Assembly: GCA_051872335.1 (NCBI GenBank)
Contig: JBJEDT010000024.1
Location: 6,984-70,983 of the forward strand
Length of the DNA: 64,000 nucleotides
Reading direction: 5' to 3'
From: Bacilli bacterium
GTDB taxonomy: Bacteria > Bacillota_I > Bacilli_A > RFN20 > CAG-826
In this document: piece after piece, positions 46,561 to 56,269 of the stretch
Layout: the number at the start of each line of letters is the position of its first letter
Position numbering within the stretch: the stretch's first letter is position 1
The notes under the pieces: generated by a model
Seen by the model: the letters and a program-made list of their open reading frames with translations, nothing else
What the model was told of the DNA's origin: nothing
Database searches by the model: none
Position numbers and translations under genes: made by a program

Positions 46561-46592
46561 AAAGAAGTGATTGCAAAATCACTTCTTTTTTT
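46561..46592. terminator. Bidirectional terminator: GAAGTGATT-gcaa-AATCACTTC followed by T7.
   Basis: Perfect 9-bp stem between the convergent lipoprotein gene and the XRE gene. Confidence 0.7.
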
Positions 46593-46616
46593 AATAAAAT
46601 TTATCTTTTAATTTAA

Positions 46617-46850
46617 CTAAAAAACAAAATAAAAACATCCGTTTAGGATGTCTATTGCAGAAACGTTGAAGTATTCTGCGAATGTATTGACTACGTCAAT
46701 ACTAGTAGTACCATAGGTTTCAATGCGACGAATATTGCGCGCACTATACCCAATGGTATCGGCCAAATCATTTTGAGTTAAATGATTTTTTAACCGAAGT
46801 GTTTTGATAGATTTCGCTATCACGATCGTATCAATTAATAAATTGCTCAT
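46617..46850 (-). CDS. XRE-family HTH regulator (77 aa) with atypically high GC and codon usage.
   Basis: LTQNDLADTIGYSARNIRRIE helix-turn-helix. Locally about 37% GC with ACG/GCG/CGC codons, unlike neighbours. Confidence 0.55.
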   Translation of the reverse strand: MSNLLIDTIVIAKSIKTLRLKNHLTQNDLADTIGYSARNIRRIETYGTTSIDVVNTFAEYFNVSAIDILNGCFYFVF

Positions 46851-46984
46851 AAGTCCACCCCCATCATTGATACACTAATTTAAAGAATATAAAAATGTGG
46901 ACACTCTTACTATGAGCACAATTATTCTATAAAATTTTTAAATAATAATCAATATCAAAAATCAAAATTTTAAATCTTTATAAA

Positions 46985-47007
46985 ATAAAGCTCACCTTTT
47001 AAAAAGG
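46985..47007. promoter_or_regulatory. Perfect 11-bp palindrome GCTCACCTTTT-a-AAAAGGTGAGC in the intergenic region.
   Basis: Seen directly in the sequence. T-rich on the minus side, so possibly a terminator or insulator upstream of the XRE gene, or a protein binding site. Confidence 0.35.
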
Positions 47008-47152
47008 TGAGCGATACGTTCCATTCCGGAACTATTATTATATTGTGCATAATTCTTTTAAATATACAATAATTAGCAATTTCAAAAAAATTTATTTATT
47101 TCTTATTTATATCATATATAATTTGTATTGTTAACCCTAAGGAGGACTAAAT

Positions 47153-47896
47153 ATGCTGTGGGGAACTTTTTCATTAAATCATTTTATTTCATTACTTATA
47201 GCCGTATTACTTAATGTATCTATATTTTTTATATTAAAAGATAGAACACTTAAAACTAAAAAAATTGTTTTATTTATATTATCACTAAGTGGACTAGGTG
47301 CAATTATTTTTAATCTTGTTGCATGGGGATCACCGCTTGAATATCTACCACTACATATGTGTTCTATTAATGCTCTTTTATTACCATTTGCTGTATTAAC
47401 TCAAAATAAGAAATTATCTAATATGTTACTACTTTGGTGTTTGGGAGCAGGTATCGCTTTAATTCTTAATCAAGGTGCTGCTAATTTTGAGATATTAAGT
47501 TGGACATTTTTCTTTTATTATATTCCTCATACTTTAGAGTTAGGAATTCCTATTCTTATATTCGCATTGAAATTATCTGAACTAGATTATAAAACATTAC
47601 CATTTACATTAATAACAACATTCCTCATTTATACTGGTGTACACTTTTCTAATTTACTAATCAATTACATAACTACTAAATACAATATTGTTGATCAATA
47701 TGGAAATATAATTATTGTCAATTATATGTTCAGTATTACTCCAACTAATCCTGTTTTAGCAATTTTTTACAAAATAATTCCATATAGATATTGGTATATG
47801 CTATTAAGTTTATTTGTCATAAGTTTATATCTAGGAATAATTTATGGTATTCACTACAAAATTAAAAAGTCACAAAACAAACTTTCAAATGACTAA
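47153..47896 (+). CDS. TIGR02206/YwaF-family integral membrane protein (paralog 3).
   Basis: LPLHMCSINALLLPFA motif and a 247-aa multi-TM architecture; AGGAGG RBS. Confidence 0.65.
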   Translation: MLWGTFSLNHFISLLIAVLLNVSIFFILKDRTLKTKKIVLFILSLSGLGAIIFNLVAWGSPLEYLPLHMCSINALLLPFAVLTQNKKLSNMLLLWCLGAGIALILNQGAANFEILSWTFFFYYIPHTLELGIPILIFALKLSELDYKTLPFTLITTFLIYTGVHFSNLLINYITTKYNIVDQYGNIIIVNYMFSITPTNPVLAIFYKIIPYRYWYMLLSLFVISLYLGIIYGIHYKIKKSQNKLSND

Positions 47897-47975
47897 AAAA
47901 GAACTTTCATTATTCTAATATACGAATTTATGAAATATAATATAATTTATAAAACACTAGGAGGAATATAGTTAT

Positions 47976-48488
47976 ATGAAAAAAGTTGTTCACAATTATC
48001 TTGTTGGAGATATTCTTTACGAAGAAAGTTTTTGGACTGGCAAAAAAAGTTTGTCTTTTAATGGTACACCTTTGACAAAAGTTGATAAAAGAACATTCAA
48101 AACAGTATTAAAAGATGAAAACAATGAAGAAAAGGAAACCTTTATTACAGTAAGAGGAAGTTTTATATCAGGTACATTTTTAGATTTTAATAAAACAAGT
48201 ATAGAAATTTATCCTAAATTAAAATGGTATGAAATAATACTATGTCTATTGCCATTTATTCTAGATCTTATCTGGGGTAATAGTGTTACTCTATGTTCGA
48301 TTATACCAGTTGTAGGTGGTGCAATTGGTGGATTAATATCAGCTTTATTTTCTTTCTTATCAGTATTCTTAATGAGAAAAACAAGCAATATATTAGTAAA
48401 AATTGCAATTGCTTTAGCAGTTCTTTTAGCATCATTTGGAGTTTGCGCGCTAGTAGGTTACTTAATCATAAGTGCTCTTGCAGCATAA
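47976..48488 (+). CDS. Hypothetical membrane protein (soluble N-terminal domain plus three C-terminal TM helices).
   Basis: AGGAGG RBS; Gly-rich C-terminal TM helices (VVGGAIGGLISALF). Confidence 0.45.
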   Translation: MKKVVHNYLVGDILYEESFWTGKKSLSFNGTPLTKVDKRTFKTVLKDENNEEKETFITVRGSFISGTFLDFNKTSIEIYPKLKWYEIILCLLPFILDLIWGNSVTLCSIIPVVGGAIGGLISALFSFLSVFLMRKTSNILVKIAIALAVLLASFGVCALVGYLIISALAA

Positions 48489-48514
48489 TAATCAATTAAA
48501 TAAATTTTTTAAAA

Positions 48515-48568
48515 CTAAAAAATGTAACTTAATTTATTAAAGAAATTTAAGTTACATTTTTATTTTTT
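48515..48568. terminator. Bidirectional terminator: AAATGTAACTTAA-N16-TTAAGTTACATTT followed by a T-run.
   Basis: Perfect 13-bp stem between convergent genes. Confidence 0.7.
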
Positions 48569-48587
48569 AAATTTTATGATTTTTTAA

Positions 48588-50900
48588 TTATGAATTTGTA
48601 ATTGTAATTGTGTAATTATTAGTGTTACTAGAAACAGAACCATATTCAAAATTATATGTATCATTGAAACCATTAATTTCAAATTCACTATATGATATTA
48701 AATATTCATCAATACTCAATTCGATAATTATAGAATATTCGCCATTATCTAAATCATTTAAATCTGATAAGTATAAATTGTCTAAATAATCTTCATATGA
48801 TCTATTATCAATACTATAATTCCTTTCTTGTAACAAAATTTTATTGCCACTTGAACTTAAGAAAAATTTTAAATTGACTTTTTCATTTCCATATAAAGAA
48901 TATGAATTATATGATTCTAAATCAAAACTACCTAGATTGATGAATGCATTTTCTTCTGAAACTATAAATTGAATTGTATTTCTAATTTTAATTCCATCAC
49001 CTATAGCAAGAAAATAATCATTATTGCTTAAATTTTTAAAATGAACAAGAGTATTTTGGTCATTGATATTTATACTAGAGAAGAAATCATCAGAAACAAC
49101 TTTTGGGTAATTAAATGAAGAAAGTAAGGTTTCATTTCCTTCATAATTTGAGGTAAGTATTAATGCTATCTTAAAACTATTATTGATGAATGACATATCA
49201 ATTTCTTCATCATTTCCCTGGAATGTTACTTTAGCACTTTCTTTTGTACCATTAATAGAAGTAATTTTTTGAAAATTATTGTCCTCATAAACAGCATATA
49301 CATCAAGAGAATAGTTAGCCCTTATATCCATCAATGCATCTAAAATAAAGCTACAATTGATATTTTTTAAATTAATACTTGCTCTTGAAGGATTAAAAAT
49401 TATGTCTCCTTTTATTTCATAATTTGCTTTATAAATAATAGATGTGTTTTGTTGTTGCTCCTCTGCTTTGACAAATTCACTGATATTCATTGCTAATAAA
49501 TCATCTATTGTTAAGTTCATATTTAACAATGCATCAAATGTTGAAATAGTTGAATCTAAATAAGATGCACTTAATGAATCAAAACCAAAAGCACTATAAT
49601 TTTGAATTTCCGTCAAATCGAGTTTGCTTTGTAAAGAATCAGTAGTATAATCATCTTTAAACGTAACTCCAAGCTCATTAAGTATACTTAAAATATTCTC
49701 GTAAAAATTATTATTTTTAGATGTGATATGAAGAACAATGGAATTAGTATAATCTATATTTGAATATAAACTACTTAATGAATAATCATAGTCAACAGTT
49801 TCAATTAAAGTTGAATTATTTGATGATACTAAATGATAACCATTAGTAAAAGTTACATCTAATCCATCAGTACCTTTATCTTCCATTGATAAATAACCAG
49901 TTAAAGAATTTGGGTCAATTCTTAATGTAATCACTGAACTTTGAATTTGATAAAATACGACAGGATTAAATGAGGCATCAAATAAATATGAACTAGTTAT
50001 AAATTTTGAAGCTTTCTTTGAAAATAGAGAATAATCAATATAATCAATAGATTCAATATTACTAGGATTATAAATATATGACTCTTGAATATATGTCATA
50101 GGTCGACTTTCATTTTTTGCCCTATAAAATGTTTTGACTAAGTCGAAACTATAATAAGATCCATTATTAATAGAATATAAATCATAAACTACAGTATAAG
50201 GATCTTCATTTTTTAAATCTACTTCACATGCAGTATATCTAATTGTTTTATTACCTAGTTTTGTTTTAGAAACATCAGTTAATACATCACCTTCAATGTA
50301 ACAAGAATAACGATATGATTCTTCCATTGTTTCAGTATTGTATGTAGTAGATTTAAAATTTATACATTCAGTACCATCATAGCAATATCCAGAATAAATA
50401 GATAAATAATTGATTTGATTATTAATATTACTATATTGTTCTAGAATTACAAAATTTACATTTTGAAGATAACTAATACGATAATAAAATTCATAGTCAG
50501 TACCCGAATTTAAACAGACCCATTGATCTAATACTTTTACGGTTCTAACAATTGTATTTTTAAATTCTCGCATTATATTGATAGATAAATTAGCATTGCT
50601 AACAATGCTAGTATCAACATTAATTTTTTCTTTTCGTCCATTCAAATTCTTTTTAGAAGATGTACTTGATGTAAAAGAATCATCAAAGTAAGGAACATCA
50701 TCAACATTATTTGCTAAATCATAAACATAATCTAATAATAGATTATCAGGTGGTGCCTCTACTTCATTATTTCCATCATTTTCTACATTATCATCAGGGA
50801 AATAATGATTATCATTTGTGCCTTCACTATTTTTTTCACCACATGACGTAATTGAAAAAACAACAAAAACTGAAATTAAAAATTTTAATAACTTCTTCAT
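48588..50900 (-). CDS. Large hypothetical lipoprotein (770 aa, Asn/Ser/Tyr-rich).
   Basis: Lipobox FSITSCGEK; long beta-rich low-complexity body; AGAGG RBS. Confidence 0.5.
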   Translation of the reverse strand: MKKLLKFLISVFVVFSITSCGEKNSEGTNDNHYFPDDNVENDGNNEVEAPPDNLLLDYVYDLANNVDDVPYFDDSFTSSTSSKKNLNGRKEKINVDTSIVSNANLSINIMREFKNTIVRTVKVLDQWVCLNSGTDYEFYYRISYLQNVNFVILEQYSNINNQINYLSIYSGYCYDGTECINFKSTTYNTETMEESYRYSCYIEGDVLTDVSKTKLGNKTIRYTACEVDLKNEDPYTVVYDLYSINNGSYYSFDLVKTFYRAKNESRPMTYIQESYIYNPSNIESIDYIDYSLFSKKASKFITSSYLFDASFNPVVFYQIQSSVITLRIDPNSLTGYLSMEDKGTDGLDVTFTNGYHLVSSNNSTLIETVDYDYSLSSLYSNIDYTNSIVLHITSKNNNFYENILSILNELGVTFKDDYTTDSLQSKLDLTEIQNYSAFGFDSLSASYLDSTISTFDALLNMNLTIDDLLAMNISEFVKAEEQQQNTSIIYKANYEIKGDIIFNPSRASINLKNINCSFILDALMDIRANYSLDVYAVYEDNNFQKITSINGTKESAKVTFQGNDEEIDMSFINNSFKIALILTSNYEGNETLLSSFNYPKVVSDDFFSSININDQNTLVHFKNLSNNDYFLAIGDGIKIRNTIQFIVSEENAFINLGSFDLESYNSYSLYGNEKVNLKFFLSSSGNKILLQERNYSIDNRSYEDYLDNLYLSDLNDLDNGEYSIIIELSIDEYLISYSEFEINGFNDTYNFEYGSVSSNTNNYTITITNS

Positions 50901-51034
50901 ATTATTCGCCTCTTTTTTATAATTTAAATTTACTATACTAATTTCTAAAATACAATATTTCCAATTATAGTTTTTGAAAAATTAACTTATTGTTTTATAA
51001 TAATTTTGTAAATAAAATATTAGTGGTGATTAAT

Positions 51035-51910
51035 ATGAAACTTATAACAACTTATATGCTTGATGCTAATTTGCGTCATAAATTAAATTTACTTACTCAA
51101 GAAACTTTTTGTTTTGATTTTGAAGATTGGGTATTAAATAATTATTTTAACGGAGATTACATTCCATATTCCTATATTGAATGCGAACAAATAATTGCTA
51201 ATGCATCTGCAAATATAATGAATTTTCAACTAGGTAATACAATAAAAAAATATATTCAAATTGGTACAGTAATGACTAAAAAAGAATATAGAAATCAACA
51301 CTTAGCAACAAATCTAATAAAGCATATAATTAATGAATATAAAGATAAATGTGATGGTATCTACTTATTTGGTGATATTAATGCCTTAGATTTTTATCGT
51401 AAATTAGGTTTTAAAGAAATAAATCAAACTAAATATTTATTAAAAAAAGAATACATTAGACAAAGTGAGATAAAATACTTTAACTTAGTAAATAAAGATG
51501 ATCACCAATTAATAAATAAATATTTAGATTATGTTTCTAATGGAGTTTTGTATAGTTATTTTGACCAAATAAATCGTTTTGGGCTTCAAATGTTTTATAC
51601 ACAATATTTTGATAATGTATATTATTCAAAAGAACTCGATCTTTTCATTGTTTTAGAAAAAGATGAAGACACTTTAAAATTACAAAGTATAATCAGTAAA
51701 AAACAAATTTCATTAATTGAAGTTATATCTAAAATAGATATTCCGTACTCTAATCTTGAATTGGGATTCACACCGAAAAAAGAAGATTTAAACTTATTTA
51801 ACTCTTTAGAATTTGATGGTAAAGATGACTATCGCTTATTTATAATGGGTGAAAGTTTAGAAATCATAGAAAAAGAACATTTATTCTTTCCTATATATTC
51901 GCATGCATAA
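51035..51910 (+). CDS. GNAT-family acetyltransferase (N-terminal GNAT domain plus C-terminal domain of unknown function).
   Basis: QIGTVMTKKEYRNQHLATNLIKHII...FYRKLGFKEI acetyl-CoA binding region; the ATG at 51035 follows GGTGA. Confidence 0.55.
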   Translation: MKLITTYMLDANLRHKLNLLTQETFCFDFEDWVLNNYFNGDYIPYSYIECEQIIANASANIMNFQLGNTIKKYIQIGTVMTKKEYRNQHLATNLIKHIINEYKDKCDGIYLFGDINALDFYRKLGFKEINQTKYLLKKEYIRQSEIKYFNLVNKDDHQLINKYLDYVSNGVLYSYFDQINRFGLQMFYTQYFDNVYYSKELDLFIVLEKDEDTLKLQSIISKKQISLIEVISKIDIPYSNLELGFTPKKEDLNLFNSLEFDGKDDYRLFIMGESLEIIEKEHLFFPIYSHA

Positions 51911-51940
51911 ATATATTGTTATTTTTTAATAATGGAATTT

Positions 51941-52738
51941 TTATTTAATAGTTTTCCAATAAGCACGACAATCATTAGTTCTTTGCATAAATTGATAATC
52001 TATTAATTCTCTACGTATTAACTCAATATCACTAAAAGCTATATTTGACTTTATAATAGTATTTACTTCTTTTTCTGTATATTTTTTTTCATTCTCAAAA
52101 CAATCAACTATCTTTTGAAGTACTAATAATCGTAATGGTTTTTTCTTTGGATATAGAATTAATAATCCTTGTTCATCATAATAACAATTTAACTTTTTTA
52201 AATATTCATCTTGTAAAAAATCCATTTCGTAATATAAACACTCATATACTTTAGATTTATAAACAATTTCAACTACTTTATCGATTTTGGTCATTCCACA
52301 ATTTTCCATGACTTTTCTACTTGCTATATTTTCACTAAAAAAACCAGCTATTACTTTTTTAAAACCCATTCTTTTTAAGTCATTCAATATTGCCGAAACA
52401 GCTTCAGTAGCATAACCATTATTTTTAAAAGTCGGACTAATGACATAGCCAATTTCTATTATTTCATTATCAAATCCACACTCATTTACAAAACCAATTA
52501 ATAATGAATTTAAAAAAATACCATAGAATAAATGTTCTTCATTTTCAACTTGACTATATTCAATTAGTTTATTAGATAAATTATTTACTGAATCCAAATT
52601 TTTAAAATCTGGTAACATAAAAGTAGATGAAACTTCCTCATCAATCAAAATATTTGATAAATCTTTTTTATCTTCAAAAGATAAAGATTTCAATATTAAT
52701 CTCTTTGTAATAATATAATTTCTCTGTTTGATTTTCAT
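51941..52738 (-). CDS. GNAT N-acetyltransferase fused to a DUF2087-like C-terminal domain.
   Basis: RimL-like N-terminal GNAT (NGYATEAVSAILNDLKRMGFKKV); C-terminal ~90 aa match the DUF2087 pattern. Confidence 0.55.
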   Translation of the reverse strand: MKIKQRNYIITKRLILKSLSFEDKKDLSNILIDEEVSSTFMLPDFKNLDSVNNLSNKLIEYSQVENEEHLFYGIFLNSLLIGFVNECGFDNEIIEIGYVISPTFKNNGYATEAVSAILNDLKRMGFKKVIAGFFSENIASRKVMENCGMTKIDKVVEIVYKSKVYECLYYEMDFLQDEYLKKLNCYYDEQGLLILYPKKKPLRLLVLQKIVDCFENEKKYTEKEVNTIIKSNIAFSDIELIRRELIDYQFMQRTNDCRAYWKTIK

Positions 52739-52741
52739 TAA

Positions 52742-53083
52742 TTAATATTCCTTATTTTCTAATCTTGCAAGCGCTTCTTTATTATTTGAAATAATCATTT
52801 TAATTTTTGAACACGAATGAAGATTTTCACAATCACCACATGTTTCTATATTTTTATTTAAAACACACTGTCTAATTTCACATAATTTTTCGCAAAAAGG
52901 AGTTTTACAACCATCTTGACGGCATCCTTCACAATTAATCATATCAGATGTAATCTCCACACCATTCATTTTGGTCCATAAATTTGAAACTTGCTCTCTT
53001 AAATTATTATCATTATTAATAGTAGCAATACGTGCTTGACATTTTTCACAATCCAAACCACAACAAGCAATAAACTTATTCAT
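52742..53083 (-). CDS. DUF3795-family cysteine-rich protein.
   Basis: CCGLDCEKCQ and further CxxC/CxxxC clusters, 113 aa. Confidence 0.55.
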   Translation of the reverse strand: MNKFIACCGLDCEKCQARIATINNDNNLREQVSNLWTKMNGVEITSDMINCEGCRQDGCKTPFCEKLCEIRQCVLNKNIETCGDCENLHSCSKIKMIISNNKEALARLENKEY

Positions 53084-53144
53084 AAAAATCCCTCTACAAA
53101 TTTATATTCTTTACTAAAGTATAATATCATTTAACTATATTTAC

Positions 53145-53172
53145 CATAATAAAAGGAGGATTACTCCTCCTA
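53145..53172 (-). terminator. Terminator at the end of the aro operon: AGGAGGA-gtaa-TCCTCCT followed by a T-run on the minus strand.
   Basis: GC-rich 7-bp stem directly 3' of the DAHP synthase stop. Confidence 0.6.
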
Positions 53173-53177
53173 ATTTA

Positions 53178-54236
53178 TTATCTGTTTTTCAATAATTCAG
53201 CGAGGTCATAAATCAATTTTTCAGTTTTTTCCCATCCAAGACATGGATCAGTAATTGATTTACCATATATTCCTTCATCAATTTTTTGACATCCATCTTC
53301 AATATAAGATTCAATCATTAATCCTTTTACCATACGATTAATTTTTTCATTATGTCTCATTGAATGTAATACTTCTTTTGCTATACGAACTTGCTCCGCA
53401 TATTGTTTTCCAGAATTCGAATGATTAGTATCTATTATAATTGCTGGATTAGAACACTGAAGTTTTTCATACATATTAGCTAGTAAAATCAAATCTTCAT
53501 AATGATAATTTGGGTGAGATATTCCTTGCTTATTCACATAACCTCTTAAAATAGCATGAGTCAATGGATTACCTTTACTTTCAACTTCCCATCCTCTATA
53601 AATAAAGGTATGACTTTGTTGAGCTGCTAAAATTGAATTTAACATGACTGATAAATCACCACTAGTTGGATTTTTCATACCAACAGGAATAGAAAGTCCA
53701 CTCGCTGTCAAACGATGTTGTTGATCCTCTACAGATCTAGCTCCAACAGCAACATAAGATAATAAGTCTGATAAATAACGATGATTTTCTGGGTATAACA
53801 TTTCATCTGCGCAACTAAAATGTGTTTCTTTTAAAGCACGCATGTGTAGCTTTCTAATTGCAATAATACCTTTTAACATATCCGGATCACTATGAGGATC
53901 AGGTTGATGTAACATTCCTTTATATCCAGCACCAGTAGTACGAGGCTTATTTGTATATATACGAGGAATAATTAAAATTTGATCTGCCACTTTTTCTTGA
54001 ACAACACGTAAACGCTTAATATAATCAATAACTGAATCTTCTCTATCTGCTGAACAAGGGCCTATTATTAAAATAAAACGATTGCTTTCACCTGTGAAAA
54101 CTTTCAAAATTTCTTCATCGTTTCTTTTTTTAATTTCCATCAATTCTTCATCGATAGGATACATTTGTTTTACTTCTTGTGGTGTTGGTAATTTTCTTTT
54201 AAAATTCATATTCATAAGTTTTACCTCATCTATCAA
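53178..54236 (-). CDS. 3-deoxy-7-phosphoheptulonate (DAHP) synthase, class I alpha (AroG/F/H-like).
   Basis: LIIGPCS, KPRTT.GYKG and GARSVEDQQHR..ASGLS.PVG.KN motifs aligning to E. coli AroG. Confidence 0.9.
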   Translation of the reverse strand: MIDEVKLMNMNFKRKLPTPQEVKQMYPIDEELMEIKKRNDEEILKVFTGESNRFILIIGPCSADREDSVIDYIKRLRVVQEKVADQILIIPRIYTNKPRTTGAGYKGMLHQPDPHSDPDMLKGIIAIRKLHMRALKETHFSCADEMLYPENHRYLSDLLSYVAVGARSVEDQQHRLTASGLSIPVGMKNPTSGDLSVMLNSILAAQQSHTFIYRGWEVESKGNPLTHAILRGYVNKQGISHPNYHYEDLILLANMYEKLQCSNPAIIIDTNHSNSGKQYAEQVRIAKEVLHSMRHNEKINRMVKGLMIESYIEDGCQKIDEGIYGKSITDPCLGWEKTEKLIYDLAELLKNR

Positions 54237-55080
54237 AATATTTACGACGCTTAGTCGATAATATCATCATTTCTTTCATTGTTTCTACATCTTCATTTGT
54301 AATTGCTTCTTTTAATTTAGCAAATTCCTTTTCAAATAAATTCATTTGTGAAACTAATTCATCTTTATTCATCAAAAATAATTCAGTCCACATATTTTCA
54401 TTTATTTTTGCAATACGAGTTAAATCTCTAAAAGAGTCGCCTGTGTATTCAACAAGATGTGAAGAAGATTTACTAGTCATTAATGAAACAGCAATACAAT
54501 GGGTTAATTGTGATAAAAATGCAATCATTTCATCATGTTCTTCAATAGATAAAATTGAAATATTTTTAAATTCTAATAATTGACCCAATTCTTTACAAAA
54601 CTTTATACCTTTTTTTGTATTTTTATTTGTTGGTGTGATAATAAAATTTGCATTCTTAAATAAATCTTTATCACTATTTTGTACGCCATATACTTCTCTA
54701 CCAGCCATCGGATGGGAAGGAATAAATTCGACATTTTCAGGAATTAAATCTTGAACAAATGGAACAATATTTCTTTTTACTCCAGTTACATCAGTAATTA
54801 TTGTGCCTTCCTTGATATAAGAACCATAATTTACTATCCAATTTTTAAAAACTTCTGGGTATAAAGCAAAAATTATAATAGGAAATGATTGAACATAATC
54901 TTTATTAACTTCAATCATACCATGAGCAATATACTTATTTTTTAATGCAAAATCAATAGACTCTTGATCTTTTGTAATGGCACCAACTTCAAAACCTAAA
55001 GAAGATAATTTAGCTGCGTATGATCCACCAATTAAACCAAGTCCTACAATTAATACTTTTTCTTTTTTAAGCAATTTCAC
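54226..55080 (-). CDS. tyrA: Prephenate dehydrogenase.
   Basis: VLIVGLGLIGGSYA Rossmann motif and HPMAG motif; 284 aa. Confidence 0.85.
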   Translation of the reverse strand: MKLLKKEKVLIVGLGLIGGSYAAKLSSLGFEVGAITKDQESIDFALKNKYIAHGMIEVNKDYVQSFPIIIFALYPEVFKNWIVNYGSYIKEGTIITDVTGVKRNIVPFVQDLIPENVEFIPSHPMAGREVYGVQNSDKDLFKNANFIITPTNKNTKKGIKFCKELGQLLEFKNISILSIEEHDEMIAFLSQLTHCIAVSLMTSKSSSHLVEYTGDSFRDLTRIAKINENMWTELFLMNKDELVSQMNLFEKEFAKLKEAITNEDVETMKEMMILSTKRRKYFDR

Positions 55081-56269
55081 TCACCTCAATTCCTATTTTT
55101 CTTAAATCGTCAAAAAAATTCGGATAACTTTTTTTTACTGCTTCAGCACCATTTATTTCAATTGTAAATAAAGTACAAAGCATTGAAAGAGCCATTACAA
55201 TACGATGATCATTGTGTGAATCAAAAGCAACGTCTGGTTCGCATAATTGACTTTTTCTAACTATTACCTCGTTATCTTTAACCTCAATATCAGCATTGAC
55301 TTTCCGTAATTCTTCTACCATATCATCTATACGATTACTCTCTTTTAATTTAAGTCTTTTTGTCCCTATAAATCTTGCTCCATTATTAAGAGTAGCAAAA
55401 GTAAAAAGAACAGGTCCTAAATCTATACATGAAGAGATATCAATTATAGCATTTTTTTCTTTTAAAGTAGAAAAATGCTTTGCATAAATTTTATCTCCTT
55501 GTAAACTATCCTTATTTAAATTTAAAACTTCCACATTGCCATTAAGGTAATTATATACATCTAAAAAAGCCGCATTAGAATAATCACCTTCTATACTACA
55601 TTCTTGATTTTGATAGTGTTGATTACCTTTTATATATAAAATATTATTTTCAATTTGAATTTGAATATTATGCTTTTGCAAAACATCAATAGTCATTTCA
55701 ATATAAGGAAAACTTTCAATAGGTGGAATAATATGAATTGTACTATCTTCTTTTAGCAAAGGTAAAGTAAACAACAACCCAGAAATATATTGACTGCTAA
55801 TATTACCAGGAACATAAAATTCTCCTCCGTGTAAAGTACCACTAACCATAATTTTATCTTTATATGTTTCAATGGAAATATCTTGATTTTCAAAAATTTG
55901 TTTATAAACTTCTATTCCACGATTTAATAATTTATCACTACCAATAAAAGTTGATTGTGGATACTTAAGTAGAGCTATTGGAATAAAAAAACGTAATGTA
56001 CTACCGCTTTCATAACAATTAAATATTGGATTACTTACCTCAAATTTATTAGGAAATAAAAATAAAGTATCCTTATTTAATTTATAATCAGCACCGAAAG
56101 TTTTAGCACAACCTAAAGTAGCTTTAATATCTTCACTTAAAGAAATATTGTGGATTATATTTTCATTATTACTTAATAATGATGCAATAATATAACGATG
56201 TGAATAACTTTTCGATGGAGGAGCTTTTAGAATTCCACAAGCAATAGATTTATTAATCTTCACTTTCAT
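55067..56269 (-). CDS. aroA: 3-phosphoshikimate 1-carboxyvinyltransferase (EPSP synthase).
   Basis: KAPPSKSYSHRYIIASLLS N-terminal signature. The ATG at 56269 overlaps the upstream stop (ATGA) and has a GGAGGATGG RBS. Confidence 0.9.
   Translation of the reverse strand: MKVKINKSIACGILKAPPSKSYSHRYIIASLLSNNENIIHNISLSEDIKATLGCAKTFGADYKLNKDTLFLFPNKFEVSNPIFNCYESGSTLRFFIPIALLKYPQSTFIGSDKLLNRGIEVYKQIFENQDISIETYKDKIMVSGTLHGGEFYVPGNISSQYISGLLFTLPLLKEDSTIHIIPPIESFPYIEMTIDVLQKHNIQIQIENNILYIKGNQHYQNQECSIEGDYSNAAFLDVYNYLNGNVEVLNLNKDSLQGDKIYAKHFSTLKEKNAIIDISSCIDLGPVLFTFATLNNGARFIGTKRLKLKESNRIDDMVEELRKVNADIEVKDNEVIVRKSQLCEPDVAFDSHNDHRIVMALSMLCTLFTIEINGAEAVKKSYPNFFDDLRKIGIEVSEIA

Noticed and set aside
46636-46653. 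Hairpin ACATCC-gtttag-GGATGT near the 3' end of the XRE gene.
   Set aside because: It lies inside the coding sequence (residues NGC) rather than after the stop. The real terminator is the GAAGTGATT/AATCACTTC stem at 46561-46592.
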